The translations under genes and the position numbers were made by a program. Of a stretch of DNA of 46,143 nt, positions 44,565-46,143 are shown in pieces (position 1 is the first letter of the stretch; each line of letters begins with the position of its first letter). This stretch comes from Chromera velia. Its lineage: Eukaryota. The notes beneath the pieces were generated by a model, which was not told where the DNA came from, made no database searches, and saw only the letters and a program-made list of their open reading frames with translations. The stretch is from NCBI GenBank assembly GCA_018398765.1, contig JAHBMJ010000518.1:1-46143 (forward strand). The letters run 5' to 3'.

Positions 44565-45890
44565 GACAGAGAGACAGAGAGAGAGAGAGAGAGAGAGCCA
44601 CCGCCCTAGCTGTCCTGTCTTACCAGCGAGATAGGCCCCGTACAGGCTGTTGGGCTGGTTCGTCCCGTTGGAGGCCAGAATCCAGAAGGCCAGGGAGCAC
44701 CCGCGAACGAAGACGTCCAAAATTGCAGCGTAAGTCAGGACCACCGCAGCCCCCTTGTACACATATCGAGAGGCCCACACCCCCACGCTAGCTGGAGTCT
44801 GCAGGCAGGCAGGCAGGCATGTGGGCAGGCAGGCAAGCAAGCAGGCAGGCTCAATTAATCAATTAGATGATCATCAAATGATTCATTCATTCGAGCATTC
44901 GAGCATGCTAGTTCGTTCTCTCTCTCACACATGCAGATATATGCTGCTGACTCGATCGATCATGCGTGAAAATTCTCATGCACTCACTCGCACGTTCGCC
45001 ATTTTGGTCGGATGGATGCCTGTACCAAATCAAGTCCCTCTCTTGCGCGCACTCATTCCACCGGCCTGCGTCCCTTTGAAAAAACTCCTTCTAAACAGCA
45101 CAGGCCAGGACAGGACAGCTCCGACACAAATCGACACACACAACCGACTGCATGAGAGACGGACATGATCTATGTATGGCATCAATTCGATCCCTCCTCA
45201 TGTTGAAAAAGCAAAAAAAGAAAGCAAACCAAGAAGTCAGTCACTCACCGACGTTCCATCCATCCATCCATCCATCCATCCATCCACCTATCCATCCATC
45301 CATTTACCCACCGATATCCAGTAACATACTCCAGCTCTCTGATCCATGGACGGGCAATTGCCCTCCTTCCCTCCCTTTGCAGCGTGCCCACCTATCTGCC
45401 CCCCTCCCTCCCTACCTGCCTGCAACGTTCCATCACTGCAATCTGAATGTTGTTTCCTCCTCCCCTCCCTTACTGTCCGCATCCCACTCAGATTCCTTCC
45501 TGTCACCCACGCATTGACGCACGACTCCATGTGAGTGCATACAAGCTCTGATTGATTCTGCTGCTATCTACATATGATCCTTCTCTCTCTCACCAGCCGC
45601 CCTCGACCCCTCTCCCCCCCGCCCCCCCCGCACAGAAGGAAAGAAAGAAAGTACCTGCACAAAAGATCCGAAGCAGAAAAGGAAGAAAGCGCCAAAGAGC
45701 ATCAAGAGGTAGCAGAGGGCGGCCACGACTGCCATAGTCTTCATGCCCACAACGTTGGCGGGGGGTTCCAGGGGAGGCACGGTGATGGGGAACTGAGAAG
45801 CCTCCATCTCCCTCAGCATCGTGTTCTCGAACTGAAAGAAGTGCTCCGTGATGGAGAAGACCAGAAACCCAACACACTGGAGGGTCAGAC
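42682..45890 (-). CDS. GAPM: GAPM-like multi-pass inner-membrane-complex/alveolar protein (5' end probably outside window); exons 45890-45655, 44798-44624, 44028-43925, 43362-43181, 42871-42682
   Basis: Phase-consistent GT-AG splicing and about 6 TM helices. Motifs [49 protein letters not shown] and ACLWAFWFE correspond to apicomplexan GAPM motifs as I recall them (GL.LQ, RgyRaGskiL..A..LD, LYG.aFF.LE.YHDEGT.e.W, a..WA..FEP). Confidence 0.75.
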
Positions 45891-46009
45891 CTGCATGCAT
45901 GCAGGCGCACAATGATCCGACCATGCACCCACAACGGGGGATGGAAAAATGGCGAACAAGAAAGAGGTACTGGGGAAGGAGCGGGTAGAAAAGAGGAGTC
46001 ACGGCGCGG

Positions 46010-46050
<41 letters not shown>

Positions 46051-46063
46051 CCCACACACACAA

Positions 46064-46115
<52 letters not shown>

Positions 46116-46143
46116 ACACACACACACACACACACACGCACAC

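Overview
Intron-rich eukaryotic genomic DNA with GT-AG introns full of (CA)n/(GA)n/(TCTG)n/(CCTT)n microsatellites and many TGCATGCAG acceptors. This style plus a GAPM-like gene suggests an apicomplexan-related alveolate, probably a chromerid such as Chromera velia (inference). Seven protein genes were reconstructed by hand with phase-checked splicing: a small mitochondrial single-TM protein; a protein with a C-terminal Mug135/DUF1773-like domain; a secreted helical protein; a signal peptide-PAN-PAN-Kazal-XK-like multi-TM protein; a HET(TIR-like)-LRR protein; a large unknown protein; and the 3' part of a GAPM-like membrane protein. Six of them form three head-to-head pairs. The convergent gaps are AT-rich transposon graveyards holding an internally deleted copia element with LTRs, PPT and TSD, a TRIM-like LTR remnant with a PBS, a TA-flanked MITE, a decayed gag-like element and two families of short retroposon 3' ends. 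The most striking signal is mutational. The copia LTR pair differs only by transitions (11 of 14 at CpG), the second LTR pair is also transition-dominated, and zinc-knuckle Cys/His codons in two unrelated elements have become Tyr via CpA->TpA. This points to repeat-targeted cytosine methylation/deamination or a RIP-like genome defence.
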